DNA from: Candidatus Fervidifonticultor sextus
GTDB lineage: Bacteria > Sysuimicrobiota > Sysuimicrobiia > Sysuimicrobiales > Humicultoraceae
Assembly (NCBI GenBank): GCA_031459875.1
Contig: JAVKHQ010000015.1
Span: 10,289-74,288 of the forward strand
Direction of reading: 5' to 3'
DNA length: 64,000 bases
Below the pieces are notes generated by a model. That model was not told where the DNA came from. It searched no databases and worked only from the letters and a program-made list of their open reading frames with translations. This document shows, piece by piece, positions 37,695 to 47,620 of this stretch. Positions within the stretch are counted from its first letter, which is position 1, and every line of letters starts with the position of its first letter. The position numbers were made by a program, and so were the translations under genes.

Positions 37695-38414
37695 ATGACG
37701 CGTGACGCACTGCTCTTCTTGCTGGTCATGACCCTCGGGCTGGCGATCCCGGTGATTGCCCAGCAACACCTGATGCCGCCGACCCAGATTCAGCCGGGGC
37801 AGGAGATCGCGGCCGTCCGCCTGGGGCAGTCGGCCGCCTCGGTCCTCAACCGCCTCGGGCCCCCCGCCGAGACGCGGGCGATGCCGGACGGGACCCTGTA
37901 CGCCTTTCCGCGCTACGGCATCAACGTGTACGTGACGGACGGCGTCGTTCGTGCGGTCTCCACCACGAACGGCCTCATGCGAACCGGAGAGGCGATCGCG
38001 GTCGGCGCCGCCGTCGGCGAGGTGCGCCGCGTCTTCGGGGCGCAGTTCGTGGATGCCGTGGTGGAAGGCCTGATGGGTATGGCCTACGATCAGCACGGCA
38101 TCGCCTTCGGCCTGGACGGCGCGGTCGTTTCGATCATCCTCGTCTATCCGCCGAAGGTCCGATCCGCCGCCCCGGCGGCGCCGGCGGCCTCCGACGCTCC
38201 TGCGGCCGTACTGGCGGCGGCCTCCCCGGTCCAGGTGGACCCGGGCCTCGTGGTCGTGCCCCGGGTGGACCAGCTCAAGCCCTTCTCCCCCGAGACGTAC
38301 TACATGTCGGTTCCCGGCTTCCTGCGCTACGTGGTTCGCCAGCAGACCGGCGCGTGGCTGACGCAGGCGGAGGCGGTGCGGATGCTCCAGGACCAGCGCC
38401 GGCTTCGGCTCTGA
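37695..38414 (+). CDS. Hypothetical exported protein, related to the upstream gene
   Basis: RBS AGGAGG; signal peptide; IQPGQEIAAVRLGQ; V..VSTTN. Confidence 0.72.
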   Translation: MTRDALLFLLVMTLGLAIPVIAQQHLMPPTQIQPGQEIAAVRLGQSAASVLNRLGPPAETRAMPDGTLYAFPRYGINVYVTDGVVRAVSTTNGLMRTGEAIAVGAAVGEVRRVFGAQFVDAVVEGLMGMAYDQHGIAFGLDGAVVSIILVYPPKVRSAAPAAPAASDAPAAVLAAASPVQVDPGLVVVPRVDQLKPFSPETYYMSVPGFLRYVVRQQTGAWLTQAEAVRMLQDQRRLRL

Positions 38415-38441
38415 GGCGGAAGGGTCGGCCGGGCAGGAGAA

Positions 38442-38470
38442 GGAGCCCGGGCGAATCGCGCCCGGGCTCC
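38442..38470. terminator. Intrinsic terminator between convergent genes (likely bidirectional)
   Basis: 12-bp stem GGAGCCCGGGCG/CGCCCGGGCTCC. Confidence 0.7.
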
Positions 38471-38495
38471 CGCTTGTTTCGTGGACAGCCTGGCG

Positions 38496-38702
38496 TTAGC
38501 CGATCGGACGGACTCCAGTCGCCTGCGGGCCCTTCTGCCCCTGCGTCTGCGTGTACTCGACCTTCTGCCCCTCGACGAGGGACTTGTAGCCTTCGCCCTC
38601 GATGCCGCTGAAGTGCACGAACAGGTCCTTCGACCCGTCCTCCGGGGTGATGAAGCCATACCCCTTCTCGCTGCTGAACCACTTGACGGTTCCTGTTGCC
38701 AT
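38496..38702 (-). CDS. Cold-shock protein (CspA family)
   Basis: [28 protein letters not shown]. Confidence 0.96.
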   Translation of the reverse strand: MATGTVKWFSSEKGYGFITPEDGSKDLFVHFSGIEGEGYKSLVEGQKVEYTQTQGQKGPQATGVRPIG

Positions 38703-38863
38703 GCTTGTTGCCACCTTTACCTGCAGGCTACCACAGACATCGAACTCTTCTGCGATGCCCGCGCATTATCTCACGGATCGACCGAAAACACAAGGGCAAC
38801 GCGCGTCCTCCCGGACTACGGGCCCGGTTCAACGGGCATACACCGTGGCGGGGTCGGGTAGCC

Positions 38864-39604
38864 ATGGTTCCTCTCTGGCGGTCAGCCCGCCGAAAAGGCA
38901 TCGAGCGCCGTGCCCTCCCACGGATCCCGCTGGCGGTCCCGGTTCGGTATGCGACGGATCAGGGTCAAACGGGTGTCGGCGTCCTGATCGACGTCCACGA
39001 GCAGGGCGCCGGCCTGCTGGTCCCCACCATCTTGCCCGACGTGTTCCACGTCTGGGTCCAGTTTCTGTGGTTCGATGATCAGATGGGCGTCCAGGGACGG
39101 GTCGCCTACGTGCGGGAGACCCCGGACGGCTTCCGCGTCGGCCTGCAGTTACAGCATGTCGGTGGACGGAGCGTCCGGTTCATCACCGACTACCTGATTC
39201 CCTTCGGGCTGCGCAAGTTCCGGTACGACCGCCGGCATCCGTTGGCGTTCCTGGAAGCGCTCTCTGCGAAGCGGCGGGAGGCGACGGTGCGGCACCGCCG
39301 GCGCTACCTCCCGGTCCTCGTGGAGCAGGGAGGGATCAAGACCTGGGCCGTGACCGAGGATCGGAACGAGCAGGGCGCGGTGCTCCTCCTGCCGCAGGCG
39401 CCAGAGAGGGGTCTGCCCCTGACGGTCTCGACGTGGGGCAGCTTCTTCACCCGGTCGGGCCGGGCGGAGCGCCTGGAACCCGTCGATCTCCCCCCGGTCC
39501 GCCTCTACCGCGTCGTGGTGCGCTTCGACGAGGGGTCGGGAGAACACGCCACTCGCCCGCCGGCTGAGGCCCGGCCAGGGGCTACTTCGGATACCACTTT
39601 CTAA
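38864..39604 (+). CDS. Tandem PilZ-like domain protein
   Basis: ERRALPR (RxxxR) and DVHEQG (variant DxSxxG); second degenerate copy RHRRRYLPV...EDRNEQG. Confidence 0.7.
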   Translation: MVPLWRSARRKGIERRALPRIPLAVPVRYATDQGQTGVGVLIDVHEQGAGLLVPTILPDVFHVWVQFLWFDDQMGVQGRVAYVRETPDGFRVGLQLQHVGGRSVRFITDYLIPFGLRKFRYDRRHPLAFLEALSAKRREATVRHRRRYLPVLVEQGGIKTWAVTEDRNEQGAVLLLPQAPERGLPLTVSTWGSFFTRSGRAERLEPVDLPPVRLYRVVVRFDEGSGEHATRPPAEARPGATSDTTF

Positions 39605-40160
39605 GCCAGTCCCGCAGCATGGCAGCCTCGCGGCCCTCCACCGCAACGACCGTCTGCGCCAGCGCGCGGAGTTCCTGCCGGTTGGCCCTGGTGGCCGCCA
39701 CCTTCGCCAGCGCCACGCTGTGGTCGAGGTGTGCGGCGATGAGCGGCAGGTAGGCGCGCTCCAGGGACGCGCCGCTCAGCCCGCGCATCTTCTTGACGGG
39801 GTCCGTGACCACGTTGGCGTTGCGCTTCCCGGGCGAGGCGCCCGCCTCCTGGAGCCAAGCGAGCATCTGCCGGACCTGGGCGCTCTTGCGGTCGATCATC
39901 ACCTGGTTCCAGCGCAGGAGTTCCGGATGGTCGGCGTTCAGGGTGGCAGCCATGGCGATCTCGATGGCCTCTTCGTGGACGGGGATGAGCTCGCGCATGA
40001 AGGCCGCATCAAACGCAGGCCCGTTGAGGCGGGACAACGCGGCAACGGTCGGGTGCGGCGTGGGCGGGGGCACGGGTGACGGTCCGGCTCCCGCCGAATG
40101 GGCCAGCATCGCTGTAACCGCGGCGATGAGGACGGAAATCACGAATCGGATTCGTGCCAT
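39582..40160 (-). CDS. DUF305 (ferritin-like, CopM-related) exported protein
   Basis: FDAAFMRELIPVHEEAIEIA, and a second repeat ending E..ML.DWL..WY. Confidence 0.82.
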   Translation of the reverse strand: MARIRFVISVLIAAVTAMLAHSAGAGPSPVPPPTPHPTVAALSRLNGPAFDAAFMRELIPVHEEAIEIAMAATLNADHPELLRWNQVMIDRKSAQVRQMLAWLQEAGASPGKRNANVVTDPVKKMRGLSGASLERAYLPLIAAHLDHSVALAKVAATRANRQELRALAQTVVAVEGREAAMLRDWLRKWYPK

Positions 40161-40464
40161 AGACGCACCTCGCGGCGGTGGGTTGTCTCGTGTCGAGGAT
40201 GCCCCTTCGGGTGATTCTTGCCCAGGTCCGACTCTCTCGAGAACCCCCCCGGGCTTCCGACGGTGCCGCTTCCAGTGGGCCATGCTTGGGCGTGGGCGAG
40301 GACCACGCGCCTCGCGGCACTCGTGGCGCTCTGCGTCGCCGGCCTCATCCTCCTGGATTCCAGGTCGAGAGGCGCAAACGGTGCCTGTCAAACCCGAAGC
40401 ACTCCTTGAGCCCGGATGCGGAGTAGCGGAGCTCCCCCTGTCGGGACACCACCGTCGCCCGGGC

Positions 40465-42204
40465 TCACCCGGCCTTCTTGAGGCGCCGACGGTACATGTC
40501 CAGGATCTCCTTCACCGTCGTCGCTTCGGTCGGGCTCTTGTCCTCGCGGACGCGGGTGAAGCGCGGGAACCGGATCGCCAGGCCGCTGCCCCGGCGGACG
40601 GCGTCCCATCCGGCGGTGTGCACGGGGCTGAGGGTGATCTCGGCGCCGATGACCTCGTAGACCACGGCGGGTTCCAGCCAGACGTCGGGGGTCATCCGGC
40701 TGTCCACGCGCGGATGCCGGTCGGGGCGGACGTAGGGCCGCAGCGTCTTGGGCAGGGACTCCAGGAACTCGTCGGTGAAACCCGATCCCAGTTTGCATAC
40801 GGTCGGGAATCTCTCGGTCTTGGGATCATAGGCGGCCATCAGCAGCGCGCCGTAGGTCCCGCCGCGCCGGCCCCGGCCGTGGAAGGCCCCGACGGGGACC
40901 AGGTCCACCGCGTCGGTCATCTCGCTGCGGTACTCCCGCTTGAGTTTGATCCACAGCCAGCCCCTGGCGCCCGCCTGGTAGACGCCGCCGGTCGCCTTGC
41001 AGATGAGGCCCTCGCAGCCGTCCTGGACGGCCTGTTCGAACATCTCCTCCAGCTCCGGCACCGACGCCACCTCCCGGAAGACCGCCAGGCGGATCCGGTC
41101 GCCTTGCCGGATGACGCGCTCCAGCGCCCGGTGGCGCTGCTGGTAGGGTTGCTCGGTGAGGTCCTTCCCGTTCACGTAGAGCGCGTCGAAGGCGTACAGC
41201 GCCGTGGGAATCTGCGCCATGACTTCTTCAATCCCGTACTTGCGGCGGCGGTGCATCAGTTCCTGGAAGGGCAGCAGGTCGCCGCTGGCCGCGTCGATGG
41301 CCACGACCTCGCCCTCCAGAATGGCGTCCCGCGCACTGACCGCGCGCCGCACCAGATCCACGATATCGGGATACTGGGGCGTGATCTTCTCCAGCCGACG
41401 CGAGAACAGATCCACCTGCCCGCCGCGCTTGTGGATCTGGAGGCGCTCCCCGTCGTACTTGTACTCGGCGATGCACCGGCCGCCGAGTTTGTGGAGGATC
41501 TCGTGGGGATCGCCCAGGCGCTCCGCCAGCATGGGACGGATGGGTTTCCCGACGACGACGTGGACCCTCCGGATCGCGGCCAGCCCGCCGGATGCCACGG
41601 TGTCGGCCACGTAGCCCAGGTCCGAGGTCAGGTTGTAGGCCCGCTCCAGGTCGTGGCGGGCCGCCTTCCCGCCGGCAAAGACTGTGGCCAGGGCGTCCAG
41701 CACCGTCATGTCGCCCACGCCGAGGCGCAATTTCCCGGTGACGGTACGGACCAGGTACTTTGCCTCAAGGGGGGTGGCCTGCGTGAGCAATGCCGCGATA
41801 CTCTCCAACTTGACGGCCTGCGCGCCTTTGCCGGCGGCTCGGGCCGTCCGGTCGAGTGCCCGGTAGACCTCGTCCACGGTCAGCGTGGGGCGCCGCTCCT
41901 TTGCCCTGGCCAGCAGCGCCTGCGCTACCAGCCCGAGGTCGCCCTCCTTCGCCAGGTGGCGCTCAACGGTCTGCGCCGCCTCGCCGGTCGCCTGCGCCAG
42001 GGCGCGTACCGCCAGCTTCTCGGCCACGCCGATCTCGATCCCCTCGAAGTCGGGGTAGAGCTTCCCCTGGGTCAGGTAGGTGACACGGCCGATCAGGCCT
42101 CTGGGCGTCTGCCGGAACAGATCGGCCAGCAGATCGGTCATCCTGAGGCGGGAGGCGACGGCCTCGATCCTCGAATAGGCTTCGGCGAGCACCTCGTACT
42201 TCAT
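40465..42204 (-). CDS. ATP-dependent DNA ligase with N-terminal DNA-binding domain (archaeal/LigB type)
   Basis: PMLA, adenylation motif EYKYDGER, EGLICK, YQAGARGWLWIKLKREY, IRFPRF.RVREDK. Confidence 0.95.
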   Translation of the reverse strand: MKYEVLAEAYSRIEAVASRLRMTDLLADLFRQTPRGLIGRVTYLTQGKLYPDFEGIEIGVAEKLAVRALAQATGEAAQTVERHLAKEGDLGLVAQALLARAKERRPTLTVDEVYRALDRTARAAGKGAQAVKLESIAALLTQATPLEAKYLVRTVTGKLRLGVGDMTVLDALATVFAGGKAARHDLERAYNLTSDLGYVADTVASGGLAAIRRVHVVVGKPIRPMLAERLGDPHEILHKLGGRCIAEYKYDGERLQIHKRGGQVDLFSRRLEKITPQYPDIVDLVRRAVSARDAILEGEVVAIDAASGDLLPFQELMHRRRKYGIEEVMAQIPTALYAFDALYVNGKDLTEQPYQQRHRALERVIRQGDRIRLAVFREVASVPELEEMFEQAVQDGCEGLICKATGGVYQAGARGWLWIKLKREYRSEMTDAVDLVPVGAFHGRGRRGGTYGALLMAAYDPKTERFPTVCKLGSGFTDEFLESLPKTLRPYVRPDRHPRVDSRMTPDVWLEPAVVYEVIGAEITLSPVHTAGWDAVRRGSGLAIRFPRFTRVREDKSPTEATTVKEILDMYRRRLKKAG

Positions 42205-42357
42205 GGAACCTCAATGGACCAATTCAGACGAGGAGGATCAACTCCTGCCGCGCGCATCGCCGTACCGGCACCACGCAGGCGATGGGAAGGTGCGCGGCGT
42301 AGAGGGAGCATCAGGGGATTCTAAGAGCCCGGCGGCAGCAGCCGGACACACCGGCGC

Positions 42358-44499
42358 GTGGATCAGTCCCTTCTCCCGTTCTTTCGCCCGCGCGGCATCG
42401 TGCTGGTGGGCGCGTCGCGCGACCCCTCCAAACTGGGCTACGGCGTCGCGCAGAACCTCGTCCGCTGCGGCTTTCCCGGCGCGGTTCACTTCGTAAATCC
42501 GCGGGGCGGCCGGCTGTTCGACCGGCCCGTGTACGCTGACCTCTCCCTCGTGCCCGATCCGGTGGACCTGGCGGTGCTGGTCATCCCGGCGCCCGCCGTC
42601 CCCGACGCCCTGCGCGCCTGCAGCCGCCGCGGCGTGCGCGCCGCCGTTGTCCTCTCGGGAGGGTTCCGCGAGACCGGCCCGGCCGGCGCGGCACTCGAGG
42701 CCGAATGCGCGCGGATCGCCCGCGAGTCCGGCATCCGGCTGCTGGGGCCGAACTGCGTCGGCCTGATTGACACGCACCTGCCGCTGGATGCGACGTTCCT
42801 GCCGCCTCCAGGCCCGCCGGCGGGCGATGTGGCCTTCATCTCGCACTCGGGCGCGATCTGTGCCGCGGTCACCGACTGGGCCAGCGGGCAGGGGTTTGGC
42901 CTCTCGTACCTGATCAGTCTCGGCAACCAGGCGGACGTGACCGAGACCGACATGCTGGAGGCGGTCGCCGAGGACCCCCACACGCGCGTGATCACGCTCT
43001 ATCTGGAAGGAGTGGAGACTGGCCGTCGCTTCGTGGAGGTGGCGGGTCGCATCGCGCGGGATACCCCCATCGTCGTCCTCAAGGTCGGGCGGTCCGCCGC
43101 GGGGCGGCGGGCCGTGGTCTCGCATACCGGCGCGCTGGCCCGGCAGGAAGCGGCCTATGCCGCCGCGTTCCGCCGCGCCGGCGTGATCCAGGCAGAGACC
43201 GGCGAGGAGGTGGTGGACTGGGCGCGGGCCCTGGCGTGGTGTCCGCTGCCGGCAGGACGCGCGATGGCCGTGCTTACCAACGCCGGCGGGCCGGGGGTCA
43301 TGGCGGCCGATGCCCTCGAAGCCTGTGGGCTGACCCTGGCCGACCTCCAGGACGACACCCGCGCCACGTTACGCGCCATGCTTCCTCCCGCTGCGGCGGT
43401 GCACAATCCCGTGGACATCCTCGCCTCCGCCTCCCCTGCGCTGTACGCCGACTGTCTCCGGGTCGTGCTGAGCGACCCCGACGTGCACGGGGTCCTGGTC
43501 ATCCTCCCGCCGCCGCCGCGGGATCCGGCCGAGTCGGTGGCCGAGGCGATCATTCCGGTGATCCGGCGCACGGCCAAGCCGGTCGTCGTCGCCCTGATGG
43601 GTGAGCACGCGATCCGGGCCGCATCGGACCGCCTGCGCGCCGCGCGCATCCCGGACTACCCGTTTCCAGAGCGGGCGGCATCGGCGCTGGCGGTCCTGGT
43701 CCGACGGGTCGAGACGCTGGCCCGCCCGCAGCTGCCTCCTGCGGCGTTCGACGACATTCGGGCGGAGGCCGTCCGACGAGTCCTGGCGGATACGCCGAGA
43801 GGTACGGAGGGATTCCTCGCCTCCCACGACGCCGGGCGCGTCCTGCATCTCGCCGGAATTCCCGTCCCGCGGGGCGGCCTGGCCCGGACGCCGGAAGACG
43901 CCGCCGCCCTCGCCGGGGAGATTGGGTTCCCGGTGGTCCTCAAGGTGGCCTCCCCCGACATTCCCCACAAGTCCGACGTGGGCGGGGTGCTGCTGGACGT
44001 GCGGGACGACGCCGGGGTGGCAGAAGGCGCTGCGGCCCTGCTGGCACGGGTCCGGACCGCCCGGCCCCAGGCACGGATTCTCGGTGTGTCTGTGGAACAC
44101 ATGCTCCCCCCGGGCCAGGACGTGATCGTCGGGGCGGTCCAGGACCCGCAGTTTGGAGCACTGGTGATGTTCGGCTCCGGCGGAGTGGAGGTTGAGGGCC
44201 TCGGCGACGTGGCCTTCGCCCTGGCGCCGCTCTCGCGCCAGGACGCCGAAGATCTGCTGGAACGGACCTGGGCGGGACGCCGGCTGCGCGGCTACCGCAG
44301 CCTGCCGCCTGCCGACCGCGACGCCGTCATTGAGGTCGTGCTCCGCGTGGCGCACCTGGCCTCGGTGTGTCCGGAACTCGCCGAGGTCGAAATCAACCCG
44401 CTCCGGGTGCTGCCCGAGGGCCGAGGGGCGGTGGCCGCCGACGTGCGCCTCAGGGTCGGTAGAGGAGGTAGGGGGCCCGCAGTTCCAGGAAGCGCCTGA
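42358..44499 (+). CDS. Acetate--CoA ligase (ADP-forming) family, fused alpha/beta
   Basis: VGASRDPSKLG, LGPNCVG, SHTGALA (phospho-His), TNAGGPG, HKSDVGGV, EINPL. Confidence 0.92.
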   Translation: MDQSLLPFFRPRGIVLVGASRDPSKLGYGVAQNLVRCGFPGAVHFVNPRGGRLFDRPVYADLSLVPDPVDLAVLVIPAPAVPDALRACSRRGVRAAVVLSGGFRETGPAGAALEAECARIARESGIRLLGPNCVGLIDTHLPLDATFLPPPGPPAGDVAFISHSGAICAAVTDWASGQGFGLSYLISLGNQADVTETDMLEAVAEDPHTRVITLYLEGVETGRRFVEVAGRIARDTPIVVLKVGRSAAGRRAVVSHTGALARQEAAYAAAFRRAGVIQAETGEEVVDWARALAWCPLPAGRAMAVLTNAGGPGVMAADALEACGLTLADLQDDTRATLRAMLPPAAAVHNPVDILASASPALYADCLRVVLSDPDVHGVLVILPPPPRDPAESVAEAIIPVIRRTAKPVVVALMGEHAIRAASDRLRAARIPDYPFPERAASALAVLVRRVETLARPQLPPAAFDDIRAEAVRRVLADTPRGTEGFLASHDAGRVLHLAGIPVPRGGLARTPEDAAALAGEIGFPVVLKVASPDIPHKSDVGGVLLDVRDDAGVAEGAAALLARVRTARPQARILGVSVEHMLPPGQDVIVGAVQDPQFGALVMFGSGGVEVEGLGDVAFALAPLSRQDAEDLLERTWAGRRLRGYRSLPPADRDAVIEVVLRVAHLASVCPELAEVEINPLRVLPEGRGAVAADVRLRVGRGGRGPAVPGSA

Positions 44500-45688
44500 G
44501 GTCCGGTTGCCAGCGCGCGACGATGGCCGCGGCCGACTCGCCGCGGATGAGCGCCAGCCGGAGGTCCTTCGTCCCCCAGACCAGATCGAACAGGTACGGT
44601 CCCCGCCGCGGGCGCGTGAACGTCAGGCGGTCTCCGTACACCTGCCGGATCTCCGCCAAGATATAGACGATGGTCGTCGACGGGCGGAAGGCCGCCGGAT
44701 CGGTGACGTGCAGCCGGACGCCGTACCAGACCCTGCCGGTCCGAGGGTGAGGGACCGCTGACGGCGTGAAGCGGACTCCCGGCAGACGGTGTCCGTTGAG
44801 CCGCCCGGCCAGCGTCGGGCCATCGATCCACGGCGCCAGGACGACCCGGAATCGCGACTCGGTGGCCACGCCGTTCCAGAGGTTCGTGCCGTCCACCGGG
44901 CCGGTCGCAGCGTAGTAGAAGGGCGCATCGGGGCTGGTGATCCCCGGCGACGGGTTGACCCAGGGGAGCCCCGTGTCCTCCCAGGTCATTCCCCTGGTCC
45001 ACCCTTGCATGGGGATGACAGTCAGCTTGGCGCCGATGCCGAACCGGTCGTTGTAGAGCTGCGCGAGCTCGCCCAGCGTCATCCCGAAGACGTAGGGGAC
45101 GGGGTACATCCCGATGAACGAGCGGAACGGCGGCTCCAGCACCGGACCGTCGATGAGATGGCCTCCGAGAGGGTTGGGCCGGTCGAGTATCACGACGGGT
45201 TTGCCGGCTCGCCTGGCGGCGGCCATGACCAGCGCCATGGTTGACGCATAGGTGTAGGGCCGCACGCCGACATCCTGGAGGTCGACCACCAGCACATCGA
45301 GGCGCGCCAGCATCTGCCGCGTCGGTTCCAGCGTCCGGCCGTACAGGCTGTAGACCGGTGTCCGGCCGGGGATCGTCGGCACCAGCTGGCCGGCGTCGTA
45401 CGTGCCGTCGAGGCCGTGTTCGGGAGCGAAGAGGGCTGTCAGTTGGATGCCCGGCGCACGGGCCAGCACCTCGGCGGTCGGCCGGCCGTCGGCGGTGATG
45501 CCGGACCGGTGGGTGACCAGTCCGACGCGTTTGCCCTTCAGGGCCGCGGGATCGGCGAGCAGGGTGTCGATCCCCGGACTGACGGGCAGAGACCTGGCCG
45601 CAGCCGGTGGGACCCCAAGGGTCTGCGGGAGCAGGAGGACGAGCAGGAGGGGCCAGAGGGCGCGATGACGGTGCGAAGCGGCTCCCAT
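44450..45688 (-). CDS. namZ: Exo-beta-N-acetylmuramidase (DUF1343 family)
   Basis: FAPEHG, VYSLYG, DLQDVGVR.YTY, LDRPNPLGG, MTLGELA. Confidence 0.88.
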   Translation of the reverse strand: MGAASHRHRALWPLLLVLLLPQTLGVPPAAARSLPVSPGIDTLLADPAALKGKRVGLVTHRSGITADGRPTAEVLARAPGIQLTALFAPEHGLDGTYDAGQLVPTIPGRTPVYSLYGRTLEPTRQMLARLDVLVVDLQDVGVRPYTYASTMALVMAAARRAGKPVVILDRPNPLGGHLIDGPVLEPPFRSFIGMYPVPYVFGMTLGELAQLYNDRFGIGAKLTVIPMQGWTRGMTWEDTGLPWVNPSPGITSPDAPFYYAATGPVDGTNLWNGVATESRFRVVLAPWIDGPTLAGRLNGHRLPGVRFTPSAVPHPRTGRVWYGVRLHVTDPAAFRPSTTIVYILAEIRQVYGDRLTFTRPRRGPYLFDLVWGTKDLRLALIRGESAAAIVARWQPDLRRFLELRAPYLLYRP

Positions 45689-45739
45689 ATTGGAAGATTG
45701 GTTTCACTCGAGCCGGGAGGCCTCCTTGTGACTCGGGCG

Positions 45740-46063
45740 CTACTCTCCCGGCGGGCTGTAGGCGACCGACTTCTTCGCCGCCTGGTCGATCTCTTCAGGC
45801 GTCAGCAGCACCGTCGTCTTGTAGTGTGAGACCGAGCCGCTGGCAGAGATCGTCAGCGCAGCCGCGGCGGCGCTGGCATGATCCGGCAGGTCAAGGATGG
45901 CCACCACGTCGGTGTCCCCGAAGGTGTAGTAGAACGCTTCCAGTTTGCCGCCCAGACTCGACGCGGTCTCGTGCAGTACGGCCCGGCGCTTCGAGCCCCC
46001 GTCCTTCCGCAGTCCCTTGGTGCCTTCGAGGCTGTACGACGCCTGCACGAGATACTTCGCCAT
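45740..46063 (-). CDS. GYD domain-containing protein
   Basis: MAKYLVQASYSLEG, GGKLEAFYYTFGDTD, TTVLLTPEE. Confidence 0.85.
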   Translation of the reverse strand: MAKYLVQASYSLEGTKGLRKDGGSKRRAVLHETASSLGGKLEAFYYTFGDTDVVAILDLPDHASAAAAALTISASGSVSHYKTTVLLTPEEIDQAAKKSVAYSPPGE

Positions 46064-46256
46064 GGTCCACCTCCGCGCGGATTTCTCGACCTTCGTAGTG
46101 CGTGACGCAGTGCGCGAGCGCCGACGATGAGAAGGGATGGAACTGTTCCCCGCCGTACCTACCATCTCCTGCTTGGTCTGTCATCCGTAGAGGGCTTCGC
46201 CGCCTCGCCGCATAAGTGTTCACATGCAGTCTATCCTGCCAAGGTGAGGAGCACCC

Positions 46257-47597
46257 ATGGATCCCCGTGCGGCATCAGCCGTGGTCAAGGCCGACCAGGC
46301 CCATTTGATCCACCCCCTGCATCATCCCGCCGACCATGCCGAACCCCTGGTCATCGTCGAGGGTCGGGGCGCGGTCCTGCGAGACGCGGAGGGGCGAGAG
46401 TACATCGACGGTCTGGCCTCCCTGTGGAATGTGAATGCGGGTCACGGTCGGATTGAACTGGCCGAGGCGGCCGCGGACCAGATGCGCCGGCTGGCATTCA
46501 CCACCGCCTACGTGGGGTTCACCAACGAACCGGCCGTGCGCCTGGCCGAGCGGCTGCTGAGCCTGGCGTACCGTAACCTGTCGGGCGTTTACTTCACGAC
46601 TGGCGGCGCCGAGTCCAACGAGTCGGCGTTCAAGATTGCTCGTTACTACTGGAAGCGGCGGGGGATGCCCTCGAAGACCAAGGTCGTCGCGCGCCACCAC
46701 GCCTATCACGGCGTGACGATGGCGGCGATGAGTGCAACCGGGATGCCATCCTACCACAAGATGTTTCAGCCTGTCGTCCCGGGGTTCGTGCACATCATTC
46801 CGTCGTATCCCTACCGGTATCCCGGATCCGGTGCGAGCGCGCTGGAGGAAGCGATCAGGCGGGAGGGGCCCGATACGGTGGCCGCGTTCATTGCGGAGCC
46901 GGTGATGGGGGCCGGCGGCGTCATCGTGCCGACGCCGGACTACTTCCCGCAGGTCAGGGAGATCTGCGACCGCTATCAGGTCCTCTTCATCGCCGACGAG
47001 GTCATCACGGGCTTCGGCCGCACCGGCCGCTGGTTCGCCCTGGACCACTGGGGTGTGCAGCCCGACATCGTGACGTTTGCCAAGGGTGTGACCAGCGCGT
47101 ACCTGCCGCTGGGCGGCGCGATGGTGTCGCGCGATATCCACCAGGCGATCCTGGACGCACCTGCGGCCGAGCGTTTCATGCACGCGGCCACCTACTCTGG
47201 GCATCCCACCTGCTGCGCGGTGGCCCTCCGCAATTTGGAGATCCTCGAGGGAGAGGGTCTGATCGAGCGGGCGCAGGGGTTAGGGGCGCGGTTGCTGGCC
47301 GGCCTCCAGACACTGCGGGATCTGCCCGCCGTCGGGGACGTGCGCGGACTCGGGCTGATCTGCGGTGTCGAACTGGTGGCTGACAAGGCCACGAAGGCCC
47401 CGGCGGTGGACTTGGGCGGGAAAGTGCTGGCTGAGGCCAGGAAGCGGGGGCTGATCTCACGGATCCGCGTGGGGCAGGTGGGCGACTACCCGATTGGGGA
47501 CACGATCTGTCTGGCGCCACCCCTGGTCATCACCGAGGCGCAGGTGGATCGGATCGTCGAGATCATCCGCGAATCCATCCAGGCCGCCGCGGCGTGA
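46257..47597 (+). CDS. Class III (omega-amino acid/polyamine) aminotransferase
   Basis: DGLASLWNVNAGHG, AYHG, FIADEVITGFGRTG, FAKG, TYSGHP. Confidence 0.92.
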   Translation: MDPRAASAVVKADQAHLIHPLHHPADHAEPLVIVEGRGAVLRDAEGREYIDGLASLWNVNAGHGRIELAEAAADQMRRLAFTTAYVGFTNEPAVRLAERLLSLAYRNLSGVYFTTGGAESNESAFKIARYYWKRRGMPSKTKVVARHHAYHGVTMAAMSATGMPSYHKMFQPVVPGFVHIIPSYPYRYPGSGASALEEAIRREGPDTVAAFIAEPVMGAGGVIVPTPDYFPQVREICDRYQVLFIADEVITGFGRTGRWFALDHWGVQPDIVTFAKGVTSAYLPLGGAMVSRDIHQAILDAPAAERFMHAATYSGHPTCCAVALRNLEILEGEGLIERAQGLGARLLAGLQTLRDLPAVGDVRGLGLICGVELVADKATKAPAVDLGGKVLAEARKRGLISRIRVGQVGDYPIGDTICLAPPLVITEAQVDRIVEIIRESIQAAAA

Positions 47598-47620
47598 CAG
47601 GTATCGCCTGAGGGGGAGCC

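Noticed and set aside
40218..40409. 63-aa ORF with one hydrophobic stretch
   Set aside because: TTG start, no clear RBS, no recognisable family; cannot be supported
39793..42324. 843-aa plus-strand ORF and similar long antisense ORFs (e.g. 13515..15251, 18758..20263, 60211..62175)
   Set aside because: Mirror frames of well-supported genes, expected at this GC content; no recognisable motifs
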